A DNA stretch of 64,000 bases, taken from positions 1,315 to 65,314 of the forward strand of contig NZ_CAMQRY010000003.1 of NCBI RefSeq assembly GCF_947036855.1, in the 5' to 3' direction. Both the position numbers and the translations under genes were made by a program. Shown piece by piece: positions 61,915-64,000 of the stretch (position 1 is its first letter; each line of letters starts with the position of its first letter). This stretch comes from an uncultured Clostridium sp. (GTDB lineage: Bacteria > Bacillota > Clostridia > Clostridiales > Clostridiaceae). The notes under the pieces are model-generated. The model saw only the letters and a list, made by a program, of their open reading frames with translations. It did not search any database and had not been told where the DNA came from.

Positions 61915-64000
61915 ATGGGTGTTTATAAAATAATTTATGATAAATTACAAAATAAGCTTTATGAAGGAGAGTTTGAAGGTGAATTAAGAGCTGGTAGGGG
62001 AAGATTATATTATCCTAGTGGTGGAATTAAGTATACTGGAGAATGGGAAAGTGATAATCCAAGTGGAATGGGTGTTTTATTTTATGAAAATGGAGCGAAA
62101 TTTTATGAGGGGAAATGGCTTGGTGGAAGTGCTTGTGGACAGGGAGTTCTTTATACAGATACAGGAAGAATTGAGTATGAGGGACAGTTTGAGGATAGTA
62201 AGAAGAATGGAATTGGAACTATATACTATGAAGATGGTGTAAAATATAAAGGCGAATGGATATTAGATAAGAAATCAGGATTTGGAAGTTTGTATTATGC
62301 ATCAGGAGAACTTAACTATCGAGGCTCTTGGAAAGATTCAAAAAGAGAAGGTAGTGGAACGATTTTTGGAAATGATAATCTTATACTATACAAAGGTGAT
62401 TTTAGTAATGATAAAAAGCATGGAAGAGGTAGAAGTTATTATATTCAAGGGAATCTTGAATATGATGGTGAATGGTTTAATGATGAAAAATCAGGTGAAG
62501 GTGTTTTATATAATAGAGATGGATTAAATATATTTGAAGGTTTTTTTAGTAGAGGAAAGCGATTAGAAGCAAATGTTGTTAAGATATTAAAAACGGATGT
62601 TGAAATTCCACATAGTGAAAACCTTGATATTAAAATTGATGCATATGATGAAAAAGGACAAGATATCATAGATAAATCATTAGAGATTATATATGAAGAT
62701 GAGCCTAAAAATGATATAGAATATAAAAATAATAACTTTGATACATTAGAAAGTTTTATTGGTAATAAAGTTGGTGAATTTTATGAAAGTGAGAATGAAC
62801 ATAGTACGGTAGAAAATAATATTTTAAATAATGATAAATTTGATATAGATAAGTTTGATGATGAAGATGAAGTTATCTATGAAGTTTATGGAGAGAATAG
62901 TAATATAAATGAAGAAACACAAGAAGTTGAGGAAAGTGATGATATTGATGAAGAAATAACAGAAGTAATAGAGGAAGAGCTTGAAGGTGAAATACTAAAA
63001 GATAATAGAGAAAGTGTAGAATGTGAAAATATAGTCAGTGAAAATGAAAAAAATAATAGTGAAGAAGTAGTAGTAAAAGAAAAAGAAGAATCTTTAAATT
63101 TAATTATAGATAACGACGAGGAAGTTTATAATTATATAGAAAAAGGTGATTATATTTATAAAGGGATTTTTTCAAATAATGAAGCTACTGGAAATGGAAA
63201 AGTTTTTTATAAAAATAAACTTAAATATTCTGGAGAATTATATAAAGGTTCGTTTGATGGAAATGGTAAACTATATGATACTAAAGAGAAAGTGTCATAT
63301 GAAGGTTTTTTTAGAAATGGAAAGAAATTTGGGTTTGGTGTAAGTTATGACTCATTTGGAAATATAATTTATACTGGAGAATGGAAAGATGATATTCGCT
63401 GTGGTGTTGGAAAACTTTTAAATAGTAATGGTGAAGAAATATATAGTGGAAAGTTTTATAATGGAAAAGCACTAGGGCTTGGAAATGATATTGAAGCAGA
63501 AATTGATAATATTCTTTATAAAGAACTTGAAGCTATGGTAGGACTTGAAGAGGTAAAAGATGATATAGCAAGACTTGTAAGTTTTTTGAAAATGCAGATA
63601 ATAAGAGGCAGAATAGCTTATAAAACTATTGATATTCCATATATATTCACTTTTGAGGGGAATATAGGAGTTGGAAAAGAGAGTATAGCAAGAATACTTG
63701 GAAAGCTTTATTATATTTTAGGGCTTGTACCAGAATATAATTTTATACAAACAGACTTATCACAGGCTCTTGATTATAGCCATGATGGAGAGATAGAAGA
63801 GGCAATGGATAGTTTTGGTGGAGGAGTTTTGTATCTTAGTAATTTATATGAAAATGATTATGCAGATGCAGTAAATCTTATTAAAAGTAAGGAAGCAACA
63901 AATAATATAATGAATTTAATAGATTATAGTAATGGGCATTTTATAATTATATTTTCAGGTGATGAAGATTTGATTGAAACAATGATTCATAACAAAAAAG
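61915..64000 (+). CDS. MORN-repeat protein fused to a SpoVK/CbxX-type AAA+ domain with degenerate Walker motifs (3'-truncated by window end)
   Basis: ATG 61915 is preceded by an in-frame TAG (61909-61911) and GGGGTGA. The frame stays open for 695 codons to the window end. There are 8 N-terminal and 4-5 central Y-x-G-[EDK]-[WF]-x(4-6)-G-x-G repeats and a D/E/N-rich linker of about 190 aa. The SpoVK-like segment is ELEAMVGLEEVKDDIARLV...FEGNIGVGKESIARILGKLY...GGGVLYLSNLYE. It is absent from the ORF track because no stop codon falls inside the window. Confidence 0.85.
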   Translation, partial: MGVYKIIYDKLQNKLYEGEFEGELRAGRGRLYYPSGGIKYTGEWESDNPSGMGVLFYENGAKFYEGKWLGGSACGQGVLYTDTGRIEYEGQFEDSKKNGIGTIYYEDGVKYKGEWILDKKSGFGSLYYASGELNYRGSWKDSKREGSGTIFGNDNLILYKGDFSNDKKHGRGRSYYIQGNLEYDGEWFNDEKSGEGVLYNRDGLNIFEGFFSRGKRLEANVVKILKTDVEIPHSENLDIKIDAYDEKGQDIIDKSLEIIYEDEPKNDIEYKNNNFDTLESFIGNKVGEFYESENEHSTVENNILNNDKFDIDKFDDEDEVIYEVYGENSNINEETQEVEESDDIDEEITEVIEEELEGEILKDNRESVECENIVSENEKNNSEEVVVKEKEESLNLIIDNDEEVYNYIEKGDYIYKGIFSNNEATGNGKVFYKNKLKYSGELYKGSFDGNGKLYDTKEKVSYEGFFRNGKKFGFGVSYDSFGNIIYTGEWKDDIRCGVGKLLNSNGEEIYSGKFYNGKALGLGNDIEAEIDNILYKELEAMVGLEEVKDDIARLVSFLKMQIIRGRIAYKTIDIPYIFTFEGNIGVGKESIARILGKLYYILGLVPEYNFIQTDLSQALDYSHDGEIEEAMDSFGGGVLYLSNLYENDYADAVNLIKSKEATNNIMNLIDYSNGHFIIIFSGDEDLIETMIHNKK

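Noticed and set aside
62018-63343. Track ORFs 62018-62242 (+), 62282-62527 (+), 63146-63343 (+) and 62445-62669 (-)
   Set aside because: All are off-frame or antisense shadows inside the long MORN/AAA+ reading frame, which starts at 61915. They have no SD and low-complexity products.

Overview
This is a low-GC Firmicute (Clostridia-like, spore-former) chromosome segment carrying the conserved transcription/translation backbone, almost entirely on the + strand. Gene order: nagR-nagB, radA-disA, PIN/TRAM-ispD, T-box(Pro)-proS-cysS, mrnC-thyA-folA-rlmB-yacP-sigH, tRNA-Thr-tuf-rpmG-secE-nusG-rplK-rplA-rplJ-rplL-rpoB-rpoC, and rpsL-rpsG-fusA-tuf. The complete S10/spc/alpha ribosomal operons follow (rpsJ to rplQ, including secY-adk-map-infA-rpmJ), then ecfA1-ecfA2-ecfT-truA-rplM-rpsI. 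The 3' tail is less conserved: HD hydrolase, Na/Pi cotransporter, cwlD, class-I fumarate hydratase alpha/beta, YitT (minus strand), an OmpR-type regulator plus histidine kinase, and an ArsC/Spx-family protein. Six features are absent from the supplied ORF track and were read from the sequence: rpmG, rpmD, rpmJ, tRNA-Thr(GGT), a 5'-truncated glutaredoxin-like gene, and a >=695-codon ORF running off the 3' end. I see no CRISPR array, transposase, integrase, prophage, toxin-antitoxin or recognisable defence module. I also see no convincing novel multi-gene system, and most of the window is ordinary core genome. The items most worth a second look are: (1) the 3'-terminal ORF, which has 12+ MORN repeats, an acidic linker and a SpoVK/CbxX-type AAA+ domain with substituted Walker A and B motifs; (2) two similar GUGGGAGG...CCAC leader structures in front of both rplK and rplA; (3) two tuf copies that look nucleotide-identical, including flanks; (4) a phage-type thyA plus folA pair inserted into the mrnC-rlmB backbone; (5) several long structured leaders and spacers (S10 leader, rpsL leader, rpsL-rpsG spacer, rpoB-rpoC spacer); (6) a perfect double NagR/DasR-type operator; and (7) an 11-nt direct repeat at 22-bp spacing upstream of the two-component pair. 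All homology statements rest on motif recognition by eye; no database search was run.
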